This document shows positions 39,615-51,407 of a stretch of 64,000 nucleotides of DNA, in pieces. Source of the stretch: Mobula hypostoma (taxonomy: Eukaryota); assembly GCF_963921235.1 (NCBI RefSeq), contig NC_086108.1, positions 91,762,001 through 91,826,000 of the forward strand, read 5' to 3'. Position numbers and translations under genes: made by a program. Below the pieces are notes generated by a model, which was given only the letters and a program-made list of their open reading frames with translations, was not told the origin of the DNA and ran no database searches. How positions within the stretch are numbered: position 1 is the first letter of the stretch; every line of letters starts with the position of its first letter.

Positions 39615-40550
39615 ATGAGTGTGAGGGCAGTTTGCTGTTCTCGGTGTCGGATATGGGAGGCCCTGGAGTCTCCAAGCCTCCCGGACGTCTACATCTGCGC
39701 CAAGTGCATCGAGATGCAGCTCCTAAGGGACCGCGTTACGGAACTGGAGCTGCAGCTCGATGACCTTCGTCTGGTCAGGGAGAGTAAGGAGGTGATAGAG
39801 AGGAGTGGAAGGCAGGTGGTCACGCCGGGGCCACGGGAGGCAGACAAGTGGGTCACGGTTAGGAGGGGGAAGGGGAAAAGTCAGGTGATGGGGAGTACCC
39901 CGGTGGCTGTGCCCCTTAACAACAGGTACTCCTGTTTGAGTACTGTTGGGGGGGCTAGCTTACCCGGGGGAAGCGACAGTGGCCGTGCCTCCGGCACAGA
40001 GTCTGGCCCTGTAGCTCAGAAGGGTAGGGCAAGGAAGAGGAGGGCAGTTGCGATAGGGGACTCGATAGTAAGGGGGTCAGATAGGCGATTCTGTGGACGC
40101 AGTCCAGAGACCCGGATGGTAGTTTGCCTCCCTGGTGCCAGGGTCCGGGATATTTCTGATCGTGTCCAAGATATCCTGAAGTGGGAGGGTGAGGAGCCAG
40201 AGGTCGGGGTACATATAGGTACCAATGACATAGGTAGGAAAAGGGATGAGGTCCTGAAAGGAGAATATAGGGAGCTAGGAAGGGAGTTGAGAAAAAGGAC
40301 CGCAAAGGTAGTAATCTCGGGTTTACTGCCTGTGCCATGCGACAGTGAGAGTAGGAATGCGATGAGGTGGAGGATAAATGCGTGGCTGAGGGATTGGAGC
40401 GGGGGGCAGGGATTCAAGTTTTTGGATCATTGGGACCTCTTTTGGCGCAGGCGTGACCTGTACAAAAAGGACGGGTTACACTTGAATCGTAGAGGGACCA
40501 ATATCCTGGCAGGGAGATTAGCGGGGGCTACTGAGGTGACTTTAAACTAG
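39615..40550 (+). CDS. CR1 ORF1p: N-terminal Cys4 zinc-finger-like motif, coiled coil, SGNH/GDSL esterase domain
   Basis: Open 311-aa ORF: CSRC...CAKC; LRDRVTELELQLDDLR; SGNH blocks AIGDSIVR, CLPGARV, HIGTNDI, DGLHLN. Confidence 0.92.
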   Translation: MSVRAVCCSRCRIWEALESPSLPDVYICAKCIEMQLLRDRVTELELQLDDLRLVRESKEVIERSGRQVVTPGPREADKWVTVRRGKGKSQVMGSTPVAVPLNNRYSCLSTVGGASLPGGSDSGRASGTESGPVAQKGRARKRRAVAIGDSIVRGSDRRFCGRSPETRMVVCLPGARVRDISDRVQDILKWEGEEPEVGVHIGTNDIGRKRDEVLKGEYRELGRELRKRTAKVVISGLLPVPCDSESRNAMRWRINAWLRDWSGGQGFKFLDHWDLFWRRRDLYKKDGLHLNRRGTNILAGRLAGATEVTLN

Positions 40551-43513
40551 AATGGTTGCGGGGTGGGAATCAAATTAAAGAGGCTAGGCGTGAGGAGGTT
40601 AGTTCACAACAGAGGGATGGGAACCAGTGCAGAGAGACAGAGGGGTGTAAAATGAGGGTAGAAGCAAAAAGTACAAAGGAGAAAAGTAAAAGTGGCAGGC
40701 CGACAAATCCAGGGCAAGCATTAAAAAGGGCCACTTTTCAACATAATTGTATAAGGGCTAAGAGAGTTGTAAAAGAGCGCCTGAAGGCTTTATGTGTCAA
40801 TGCAAGGAGCATTCGTAATAAGGTGGATGAATTGAAAGTGCAGATTGTTATTAATGATTATGATATAGTTGGGATCACAGAGACATGGCTCCAGGGTGAC
40901 CAGGGATGGGAGCTCAACGTTCAGGGATATTCAATATTCAGGAGGGATAGACATGAAGGAAGGGGAGGTGGGGTGGCGTTGCTGGTTAAAGAAGAGATTA
41001 ACGCAATAGAAAGGAAAGACATAAGCCAGGAAGATGTGGAATTGATATGGGTAGAGCTGCGTAACACTAAGGGGCAGAAGACGCTGGTGGGAGTTGTGTA
41101 CAGGCCACCTAACAGTAGTAGTGAGGTCGGAGATGGTATTAAACAGGAAATTAGAAATGTGTGCAATAAAGGAACAGCAGTTATAATGGGTGACTTCAAT
41201 CTACATGTAGACTGGGTGAACCAAATTGGTAAAGGTGCTGAGGAAGAGGATTTCTTGGAATGTATGCGGGATGGTTTTTTGAACCAACATGTTGAGGAAC
41301 CAACTAGAGAGCAGGCTATTCTGGACTGGGTTTTGAGCAATGAGGAAGGGTTAATTAGCAATCTTGTCGTGAGAGGCCCCTTGGGTAAGAGTGACCATAA
41401 TATGGTGGAATTTTTCATTAAGATGGAGAGTGACATAGTTAATTCAGAAACAAAGGTTCTGAACTTAAAGAGGGGTAACTTTGAAGGTATGAGACGTGAA
41501 TTAGCTAAGATAGACTGGCAAATGACACTTAAAGGATTGACGGTGGATATGCAATGGCAAGCATTTAAAGGTTGCATGGATGAACTACAACAATTGTTCA
41601 TCCCAGTTTGGCAAAAGAATAAATCAAGGAAGGTAGTGCACCCGTGGCTGACAAGAGAAATTAGGGATAGTATCAATTCCAAAGAAGAAGCATACAAATT
41701 AGCCAGAGAAAGTGGCTCACCTGAGGACTGGGAGAAATTCAGAGTTCAGCAGAGGAGGACAAAGGGCTTAATTAGGAAGGGGGAAAAAAGATTATGAGAG
41801 AAAACTGGCAGGGAACATAAAAACGGACTGTAAAAGCTTTTATAGATATGTAAAAAGGAAAAGACTGGTAAAGACAAATGTAGGTCCCCTGCAGACAGAA
41901 ACAGGTGAATTGATTATGGGGAGCAAGGACATGGCAGACCAATTGAATAATTACTTTGGTTCTGTCTTCACTAAGGAGGACATAAATAATCTCCCAGAAA
42001 TAGTAAGGGACAGAGGTCCAGTGAGATGGAGGAACTGAGCGAAATACATGTTAGTAGGGAAGTGGTGTTAGGTAAATTGAAGGGATTGAAGGCAGATAAA
42101 TCCCCAGGGCCAGATGGTCTGCATCCTAGAATGCTTAAGGAAGTAGCCCAAGAAATAGTGGATGCATTAGTGATAATTTTTCAAAACTCGTTAGATTCTG
42201 GAATAGTTCCTGAGGATTGGAGGGTGGCTAATGTAACCCCACTTTTTAAAAAAGGAGGGAGAGAGAAACCGGGGAATTATAGACCGGTTAGCCTAACGTC
42301 GGTGGTGGGGAAACTGCTGGAGTCAGTTATCAAGGATGTGATAACAGCACATTTGGAAAGTGGTGAAATGATTGGACAAAGTCAGCATGGATTTGTGAAA
42401 GGAAAATCATGTCTGACGAATCTCATAGAATTTTTTGAGGATGTAACTATTAGAGTGGATAGGGGAGAACCAGTGGATGTGGGATATTTGGATTTTCAAA
42501 AGGCTTTTGACAAGGTCCCACACAGGAGATTAGTGTGCAAACTTAAAGCACACAGTATTGGGGGTAAGGTATTGGTGTGGGTGGAGAATTGGTTAGCAGA
42601 CAGGAAGCAAAGAGTGGGAATAAACGGGACCTTTTCAGAATGGCAGGCGGTGACTAGTGGGGTACCGCAAGGCTCAGTGCTGGGACCCCAGTTGTTTACA
42701 GTATATATTAATGACTTGGATGAGGGAATTAAATGCAGCATCTCCAAGTTTGCGGATGACACGAAGCTGGGTGGCAGTGTTAGCAGTGAGGAGGATGCTA
42801 AGAGGATGCAGGGTGACTTGGATAGGTTGGGTGAGTGGGCAAATTCATGGCAGATGCAATTTAATGTGGATAAATGTGAAGTTATCCGCTTTGGTGGCAA
42901 AAATAGGAAAACAGATTATTATCTGAATCGTGGCCGATTAGGAAAAGGGGAGGTGCAACGAGACCTGGGTGTCATTATACACCAGTCATTGAAAGTGGGC
43001 ATGCAGGTACAGCAGGCAGTGAAAAAGGTGAATGGTATGCTGGCATTTATAGCGAGAGGATTCGAGTACAGGAGCAGGGAGGTACTACTGCAGTTGTACA
43101 AGGCCTTGGTGAGACCACACCTGGAGTATTGTGTGCAGTTTTGGTCCCCTAATCTGAGGAAAGACATCTTTGCCATAGAGGGAGTACAAAGAAGGTTCAC
43201 CAGATTGATTCCTGGGATGGCAGGACTTTCATATGAAGAAAGACTGGATGAACTGGGCTTGTACTCGTTGGAATTTAGAAGATTGAGGGGGGATCTGATT
43301 GAAACGTATAAGATCCTAAAGGGATTGGACAGGCTAGATGCAGGAAGATTGTTCCTGATGTTGGGGAAGTCCAGAACGAGGGGTCACAGTTTGAGGATAG
43401 AGGGGAAGTCTTTTAGGACCGAGATTAGGAAAAACTTCTTCACACAGAGAGTGGTGAATCTGTGGAATTCTCTGGAATTCTGTGGAATTCTGTGGATCTG
43501 TGGAAACAGTTGA
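40541..43513 (+). pseudogene. CR1 ORF2 (APE endonuclease + reverse transcriptase), broken by a +1 and a -1 indel and a C-terminal tandem expansion
   Basis: APE motifs VNARSIRNK, GITETWL, YRPP, MGDFN, SDHNMV (40556-41797); RT motifs YRPVSLTS, QHGF, LDFQKAFDKVPH, GVPQGSVLGP, FADD (42026-43513). Confidence 0.95.
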
Positions 43514-44099
43514 GGCCAGTTCATTGGCTATATTTAAGAGGGAGTTAGATATGGCCCTTGTGGCTACGGGGGTCAGGGGGTATGGAGGGAAGGCTGGGGC
43601 GGGGTTCTGAGTTGGATGATCAGCCATGATCATAATAAATGGCGGTGCAGGCTCGAAGGGCCGAATGGCCTACTCCTGCACCTATTTTCTATGTTTCTAT
43701 GTTTCTATTTCTTTTTATGCACTGCAGGAGATTCTATTAAGTGCCTTTACTACACTACATACTGAAGTGTGTGGTCTCTTAGGAGGTACATATTAATATT
43801 GGAGATTAGCCTGCTAATCATCCCTCCTAAATGCAACAAAATTATTTGTTCTTACTCAACACCTCATCTTAAAAATGCAGTGAAAGGATATTCTTTAGTT
43901 TAAAATTAGGAATCTTTTGGTTAGATTTATCAGTGAAAAATGAGCTGCAAAGCTCAGTTTTTATGTGATACGTACTGACATGACAGAGAGACCATCGAGG
44001 AATTGCCCACACATTCACTTTTACTTTGATGTAGTGTGTTACAAGCATTGTACCATACATAGGTATTACTGTCAAGAGGAGTAATTAGAAATATTTTCT

Positions 44100-44745
44100 G
44101 GAGCACATTACGGACAATACAAAGATAGGTGGAGGGATAGGTCATGTTGAGGAAGCAGGGAGTCTGCAAAGGGATTTAGGCAGGTTAGGAGAATTGGCAA
44201 AGAAGTGGCAGATGGAATATAGTGCAGGGAAGTGTATGGTTCTACCAAAGTTCTACCAGAGTTATGCACTCTGGTAGAACGGAATAAAGGCATAGACTGT
44301 TTTCTAAATCAGAATTAAATTCAGACATCAAAAATGCAAAGGGAGTTCAAAAGAATGATGCAGTATCTTATTGAAACCTACCAAATATTGAAAGCCCTAG
44401 ACAGAGTGGACATGGGGAGGAAGTTTTCAATAGTGGGAGACTAAGCCCAGAAGACACAGCCTCAAAATAGAAAGACATCCCTTCAGAACAGAGATGAGGT
44501 GGAATTTCTTTAGCCAGAGGGTAGTGAATCTGTAGAATTCATTGCTACAAAGGTCTGTGAGGCTAAGTCTTTGGGTATATTTAAAGCAGAGGTTGATAGG
44601 TTCTTGATTAGTAAGGGCATCAAAGATTATGGAGGAAAGGCAGGAGAATGGGATGGAGAGGAAAAATAACCCAGCCATGAACAAAGAGTGGAGCAGAAGC
44701 AATGGGCCAAATGGCCTAATTTTATTTCCTGTTTCTTATGGTCTT
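44100..44745 (+). mobile_element. Degenerate CR1 3' fragment with internal deletion
   Basis: DNTKIGG..LQRDLGRLGELAKKWQMEY then NFFSQRVVNL and 3' UTR ending TTCTTATGGTCTTA. Confidence 0.8.
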
Positions 44746-45329
44746 AGGATAATTGTGTTCTCTCTAGTTTGTAGAACTTTATTTTTCTTTCTTATATACT
44801 CTTTGTTCGAATGCATTCAAATCTGTTTGTCTATCATCTAATCTCAGAGCCCTAACCCATTAAACAATAAGGATTGAACTACAATGACACATGTTAAAAC
44901 GTGAACATCATAGGCAAGGGCTCTGTAATTGGCAATTTATTTGATATTGGCAGAGACATGACATGTTCAACTTTTATCTTATTTCAATCTAGATCTATAC
45001 CTTATAATGGATTCTATTAAATTAGCTTATGGGTAGGACTTCAGATTCTTTTTTGACTTCAAGGCCAATCTTTTGATCTTGTTCTAATCTTTTCTGATTA
45101 TCTTCCAAGCCGTATACTTTCTAACAAGGTATGCCTAGTCCAATTCTGAAATTATTGTTAACCTATTACAAACCATTCTAAGCAGATTGCAAACTAGATG
45201 AAGAGAAATCGCAAATGAGAAAGGCATGATGGGTAATGATGGCTGCCTGCAAATAGGAATCTTGAGACTGTGGCTACAGAAAAGGCAGAGCTATTATCGG
45301 GTTATATTGATTGGAAAGATAAGGATTAT

Positions 45330-45650
45330 GAAGATTAGCTTTATTTGTCACTTGTACATTGAAGCATTAAAACATATAGTGATACACATCATTTACGTCA
45401 ACAACCAACGTAGTTGCTGGAAGCAGCCCCAAGTTTCACCATGCTTCTGGCACCAACATAGCATGCACATAACTTATAAACCCTAACCCATATGTCTTTG
45501 GAATATGGCAGGAAGCTGTAGCACCTGGAGGGAACCCATGTAGATGAAGAGAGAATGTACAAACTCCTTACAGATGTAGGCGGGTATTGAACCCTAATCA
45601 CTGATCACTACCACTGTAATGGCATTACACTAACTGCTACAAGACTGTGT
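45330..45650 (-). mobile_element. V-SINE (HE1-like)
   Basis: Reverse-complement V-domain GTCTTTGGAATATGGCAGGAAGCTGTAGCACCTGGAGGGAACCCATG..GAGAATGTACAAACTCC. Confidence 0.75.
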
Positions 45651-47574
45651 TTCCTAAATAATTACGCAATATTACACTTAAGAATTGATATATCTTGGCA
45701 TAATACAGCCAAACAAAATGATCACTGTTTTGGTTTGCTATGTTCATGGGTATTCATGTATGGTTGAATGATAATTAAACTTAAACTTGATTGCTTGTCT
45801 AAAAGCCAATGACCTGATCTTCCTTTAAACTGAATTGTGTAAGAATTAACCTTGATATTGCTTTAAACGAAATCAAATGCAAGAGTTCTTACTATTTAAA
45901 TTTTGTTTGTCCTTTAATGAGACTGATCACTTGATTGCTTACTTTGGAGGGATTTCCCTATAAGATCTAATTATAGAAGAGAAGTTATATTCAAACAATG
46001 TCTCAGAAATCAAATGGACATTTATTAGCCCAGAATATTGCTCTCTGGAGAAGTCTGTGCATTGCAGTTTAGCACACGGAAAGAAAGAAATGGTCAAACA
46101 AGGATGCAATTCTGGTAGAAGGAATGAGCAAAGGAATCTGTTGGAGCTCGCTCCCTCTTGATCAGGGTATGGGGAACATCAGCATTTCTGCTGCCCAATT
46201 TATGATTTTCTTTCATTCAGGGGTATCTGGAATACACTCCTAGACAAACCCAGAAATGTTAACAGAGAACCTTTCAAAGCCCAATGATGTATTCATTTCC
46301 AACCATTCTTGGCCATAGAGGTTCACTATCAGTCATTCCTGAAGTTATCTTCTTACTTTTCTGAAGTTATCTTCTTACTTTTATGGAAGGCAAGGCACAA
46401 TATAAGCAGTATGAGTAGACCCACTGGCAAGGATCTGTTTGGGGACTTGAAGACTCTTTTCTATCTTCCACAAAGACCAGTCTCAAAGCAGTCAAGATAA
46501 TATTACTTCCCCTCAAGCCAGAAGACAAGGCATGCTTCAAAGCTCTTTGGCAAACACAACTCCCGTTTCACTTGATAAATTGGTGTTTGGACTAACATAA
46601 GCAATAACTTGCTTGGAGAAGTTGAAGGATTTAGAAAGGAGTCAGGAAATATATTCTGCTGTGACCAAAACAGACAGAAGTCAGGGACAGAGAAATATAT
46701 TTGACAGAGATTGAAAGAATAAGGATTTATTGCAAAGAAAGCAAAGGTATGGATTAAATGGAATAAAAGAAATGGGACAAAAAGAGAAAAAAGACAACAG
46801 CTATAATTACATATATTTTGAAATACTTCTTGCATATGGACATAAACAATTAAAGTTGCAATAATTTAATTGTTTTTATTTGGAGCACATATAAACATTT
46901 GTATTACAAAATAATTGCATGAACCCCTTCTCCTTGCTACCATCAAAGAGGAGGTACAGGAGCCTGAAGACACACACTCAACATTTCAGAAACAGCTGCT
47001 TCCCCTCCATCATCAGATTTCTGAATGGACAGTGAACCGTAAACACTACTTCAATAATTCAGTTTTTATTAATATATTTTGCAATGTATTGCTGCCACAT
47101 ACAGTATCAACAAATTTCACGACATATGCTGTTGATAGTAAACCTGACTCTGATACTGAAATATGATTTCACCACAGCCCAGTTTGAATTCATCACTGTT
47201 CAGACTTTATCCTCATTTCAATGTGTTTGTGATCCTCAGAGAATATTCTTAAATTTAGGCAGTTGTAGATGCAAGGAAATTAGCTTTTAAAAGATTTTAT
47301 CAGTTTTTATTCCTGATATATAATTACAGGATGATTTTTCCCTTTTGCTGTATATGATTTAATCCAAGTGTTAAATTGATCTGCAAATGCAATTGGCACT
47401 TAGAGCCAAGCGTAACAGTGAAAGGAAAATGTTATATAGCATAGTGTACTTACACATTGAGCAGGAATGATGTCAATGTGTTTTTGGTCACAATGCTGTA
47501 CTAATGAAAAATACAAATACAATAGAGAAATACCATGGGGTCAAGCAGAACAGGGAGGTCTGAACAACAGGAAG

Positions 47575-48089
47575 AAGCCTGTCGGAGGAGCCACTCCTCA
47601 TATTCTGTCTGGGTAGCCTCCAAACTGATGGCATGAACATTGATTTGTCCAACCAGTGATTTCTCCCCATCCCCCTTCTCTCTTTTTCTATTCTCCATTC
47701 TGGATCCCCCATAAACTCCTTCCCTTCTCCTCACCTGCCCATCATCTCCCTTCAGTGCCCCTCCTTCTTCCCTTTCTCCCATGGTCCATTCTCCTCTCCT
47801 CTCAGATTCCTTCTTCTTCAGCCCCTTTGCCTCTTCCGACTATCACTCCCCAGTTTCTTACATCATTCCTCCCACCCTCACCCACTCACCTTCCCCCCAT
47901 CTGTTTTTACCTGTCGGCTGCCAGCTTGTATGCCCCCACCACCCCACATCCCAACATCTTCTTATTCTGGCTTCTTTCTCTTCCTTTCCATTCCCAAAAA
48001 AATTGTCTCAGCCCGAAACGTCGACTGTTTATTCCTCTCTATAGAGCTGCCTGACCTGCTGATTTCCTCAAGTATTGTGTGTGTGTGTG

Positions 48090-48124
<35 letters not shown>

Positions 48125-48170
48125 GCGTGGTGCTCTAGATATTCAGCATCTGCAGGAACTCTTGTGTTTA
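47575..48170 (+). mobile_element. Penelope-like element 3' fragment (end of GIY-YIG ORF + pseudo-LTR)
   Basis: 47585-47659 translates EEPLLIFCLGSLQTDGMNIDLSNQ* (PLE ORF terminus). Followed by a pyrimidine-rich UTR, a decayed hammerhead half GTCTCAGCCCGAAACGTCGACTG and a CAGCATCTGCAG tail. Confidence 0.8.
48076..48122. repeat. Interrupted (TG)n microsatellite
   Basis: Directly visible, within the PLE 3' end. Confidence 0.95.
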
Positions 48171-49059
48171 TAATATATTCTTCTCCTTTGAACCAAAAGA
48201 CTAGAGACTTCACATTTAGTAAGGCTTTGTGCATTCCATGGGGGATTGGGGAGACCTTGTCCTGGCTGGTCATCCCTACCACCATAATGTCTATTCATGT
48301 ATCAGAGAAGCAGGGCATCCTCTTGAATGGTCAGTGTCAGTTAAGCCCAACCAATTTCTCACAAGAATAGTCTATAGAGAAAAAAATGGTATTTTTGCTT
48401 TTGCTAAAATATTATCTAGTTACCATGTGTAAATACACTAATGAATTGATGTTGATTCAGCAAACTAATGCCTTATTCCCCTATTAAGAAACTGCCCCAA
48501 GTGCTCCATGCAGCGACATTTTAACATGTTTATTGGTCAAAGGAATCTCTTTGAATATAACCTTATTTCTGATTTACTAAGTAACTGATTACTGTACATT
48601 AAACAACACTTTTCTTCATAGTTTTTCAAAGTCATTTACATTTACAGGAGTTAAAACCAGTTTAATTACAGATGATGAACTAAACAAGTTAATTCAATCT
48701 TTTTGATAAAAACCTTCTTCAACAAGTTTATTGAAACTGCACTGCCACCATTCTAAAATATATCAAGGAATTTTCTATATCACAGAGAGCTATCTATTTG
48801 CATAGTTTTAATGTGAAATGCAAATTAATTTAATTGCAAGCTTTTTAAAGTCTTTTGTAGTTTTGGATAGGGTTTGTACCTGGATCACCAACAGGTTCCA
48901 AGTATCAATCTAGAACATAGTTACCATGATGTTCCAATTAAAAACCAGGAAGAGGTGGTTTATATCTACACAAACAGATAGATAACTGGGACTTATAAGC
49001 AAAGATGCAAGTCCCAAACTTTTACTCAGCTATTGCTAACCTTGAGACAACTGTACTCC

Positions 49060-49490
49060 ATCATCAAAGGACCTATTTCCGAGGACCAGCACCTTGTCAA
49101 GGTGGAGAGGCTGTTGAGTTCCTGTGACTTTGTGAGCCTGAAAGCGAGGCCATCTTGAGTTTAGCCATCTGGCACTTAGTTACTAGTAGGGTCACCCATG
49201 GCAGTAAGGTTAAAAGAAAGGGTCCAGACAAAGAACAATCCAACTAAGACCTCAGTGGTAGACCTGACAGAAGATGATGACACGTCACAATGGCAGTGAA
49301 GGCGGAAGAAGGCTGCAGCGGTGAAAGGTCCCCAGAAGTCTTGCATTCCAGGGCAGTGTACCCTGACCCAGATCTGTCAAGGACCATGTGATGGCTGCCC
49401 ATTCATCGGTCTTCCTATGTTAAACAGGCATTCTCTATTAATGGATTTCACCCGGACATTGCAGATCAGACTCTACATCTACTTGAAGAC
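49060..49490 (+). mobile_element. Degenerate RTE (Rex3/Expander-like) 5' UTR-derived element
   Basis: CACCTTGTCAAGGTGGAGAGG...TAGTAGGGTCACCCATGGCAGTAAGGT...GGGTCCAGACAAAGAAC resembles the Rex3/Expander 5' UTR; recall only. Confidence 0.45.
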
Positions 49491-51275
49491 CCACCAATAG
49501 ACAACCCTTTACGAGAACATCATACTCAACTCGAGTGATCACACTACTATCACAGATACTTGCTGAAACTTCAACTCAACTGTCTCATGAATTTCAACTG
49601 CAAGAAATGACTACTAGGTAATTGCCTTTGTTGAACTTTAATTGAGCTAATGAACATGTATATTAATTGTTTTATAGTATTTTAAATTGATTTTAAACCA
49701 TTAATAAATAAAATTAATATTTTATGATAATGTGCAAATGTTTGTGAATTTCAAAGATGTTCAGAAGCTTTCAGTGATTTGTTTTGACAGCTGGTAGGTA
49801 GGGGTGGGGACTTGACTTGCAAAACAACCTTTGGGGTGGAGCCTGGTAACTTCCTTGTAAAGGATGCTGAACTTTTCTAGGCTTTTCCAATTAAGTTGCA
49901 GGCAGCTTCCCAGCAGAAGACTGTGCCTCCAGTTAACACTGAACTTCAAGACCTTGGCTTGCCTGCTGTTGTGCATAATACCAGGGCCCCCGTTCCTATT
50001 GCAGAGTTGACATCTGCCCAATTGTTCCAATGCTAATAATCTCCTCAAGATGAGGGCGGAGAGATACCTGACTCAATTGCAGGCAAATGTGTGCAAACCA
50101 GTGGCTTTGATGAGAAAACGTTTGATCTCAATCACGTTTGATGGACACAGGTGGCATGTGGGAACTCCTCAGATGTTAATTTGACCACCTTGCCTTGCTT
50201 GGAAACAAGGAAGTTTATTATAAATTACCTTCTGTACCATAGATTATGAGTGCCCCCTTCTGGTTAATAGCCTTAATAAATTGTTCATTCTACACCATTC
50301 AAAAAGTACACTTAACTTCAACTCATGTGAAGTAAATAAGTAGCAGGCAGTTTGTCCTAAGAAAAAATTATTTGAGGTTGGAAAAATGAATGCAATTATC
50401 TAACAATGTGCACTTTAAAAAGGCCTTCAGCTATAATTACAACTATATTATTTACAGCCCAACCCATCGCAGGAAAAGCCCACCTACCATTAAGTACTTC
50501 TAAACAGAGCACTGCCACAAGAAAGCAACATCCATCATCAAGGACCTCCACCATCCAGGCCATTTTCCCTTCTGCAACACACACACAAAATGCTGGAGGA
50601 ATTCAGCAGGCCAGGCAGCATCTACGGAAAAGAATAAACTATCAATGTTTCAGGCTCAGATGCTTTCTTCTTCCTGCTATCATCAGGCAGAAGGTACAGT
50701 ACATGAGCCTTAAATACCAGGCCACCAGTTTCAGGAACAGTTATTACCCTTCAACCATCAGGCTCCTGAACCAGCATACTCAACTCAACTCTGAACTGAT
50801 TCCACAACCTTCGGACTCATTTTCTAGAAACCTACTATTTAGTTTTATTTATTTATTATTAAAATGATTTGTTATTTTTGTATTTGTAGTTGCCTTCTTT
50901 TACACATTGGTTGTTCGACAATCTTTGTGCGTAGTTTTTCATTGCTTCTATTGATGGGTACCACGGTAGAGTGCCCAATGCTGGAAGTCCAGAGTCATCC
51001 ACACAAAATGGTGGAGGAACTCAACAGGTCAGGCTGCATTTATGGAAAGGAATAAAGAGTCAACATTTCAGGCCGAGACCCTTCATTCCTTTCAATAGTT
51101 CGCACAACCAGTGTTGCCATATTTATCTGATTTACTTCCATCAAAATAGTAAGCTGAGGTAAGTTTTTCACTTATTGTTCTTTAGTTCACTGCGCTATTA
51201 GTTAAATAACAATTTTATGTATTTTAAACCATTTGTTTCATTGATATATTTTTTGCAAATGTCTCTGATTATCAG

Positions 51276-51407
51276 ACAGGTTTGAAGTAATGAAGGGGTT
51301 AGAGGCTCAGACTGCAAAGCCTGTTGCTGACTCACTGCTCACACACCGCTGTGCTTTGCAGAATGAGTGTGCCCTTAAGGTTGTTGACAGCTGCACGAAA
51401 GACGAGT
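51276..51407 (+). CDS. Candidate internal coding exon of an unidentified host gene
   Basis: Unique sequence with higher GC than its flanks. Acceptor gattatcag| (alternative acag| at 51279), donor T|gtgagt; 132 nt, phase 1-1; peptide xRFEVMKGLEAQTAKPVADSLLTHRCALQNECALKVVDSCTKDE. Could extend to 51440 (..CEYSMDCDNCK, AAG|gcaagg). Confidence 0.5.

Larger units (their letters stand above)
39580..43706 (+). mobile_element. Young near full-length CR1 LINE (ORF1 + ORF2 + 3' UTR; 5' UTR probably truncated)
   Basis: Two-ORF structure, CpG-rich ORF1, 3' UTR with (TTTCTATG)n tail, near-identity to the copies at 11.2-12.4 kb and 14.7-15.6 kb. Confidence 0.97.

Noticed and set aside
40921..41697. 258-aa minus-strand ORF, and similar antisense ORFs (11684-11965, 14830-15111, 42496-42900, 42919-43200, 61118-61488)
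   Set aside because: Antisense shadows of LINE ORFs; they recur in every copy and have no independent motifs.
46339..46382. 22-bp tandem duplication CTGAAGTTATCTTCTTACTTTT x2
   Set aside because: Ordinary slippage duplication in unique sequence.
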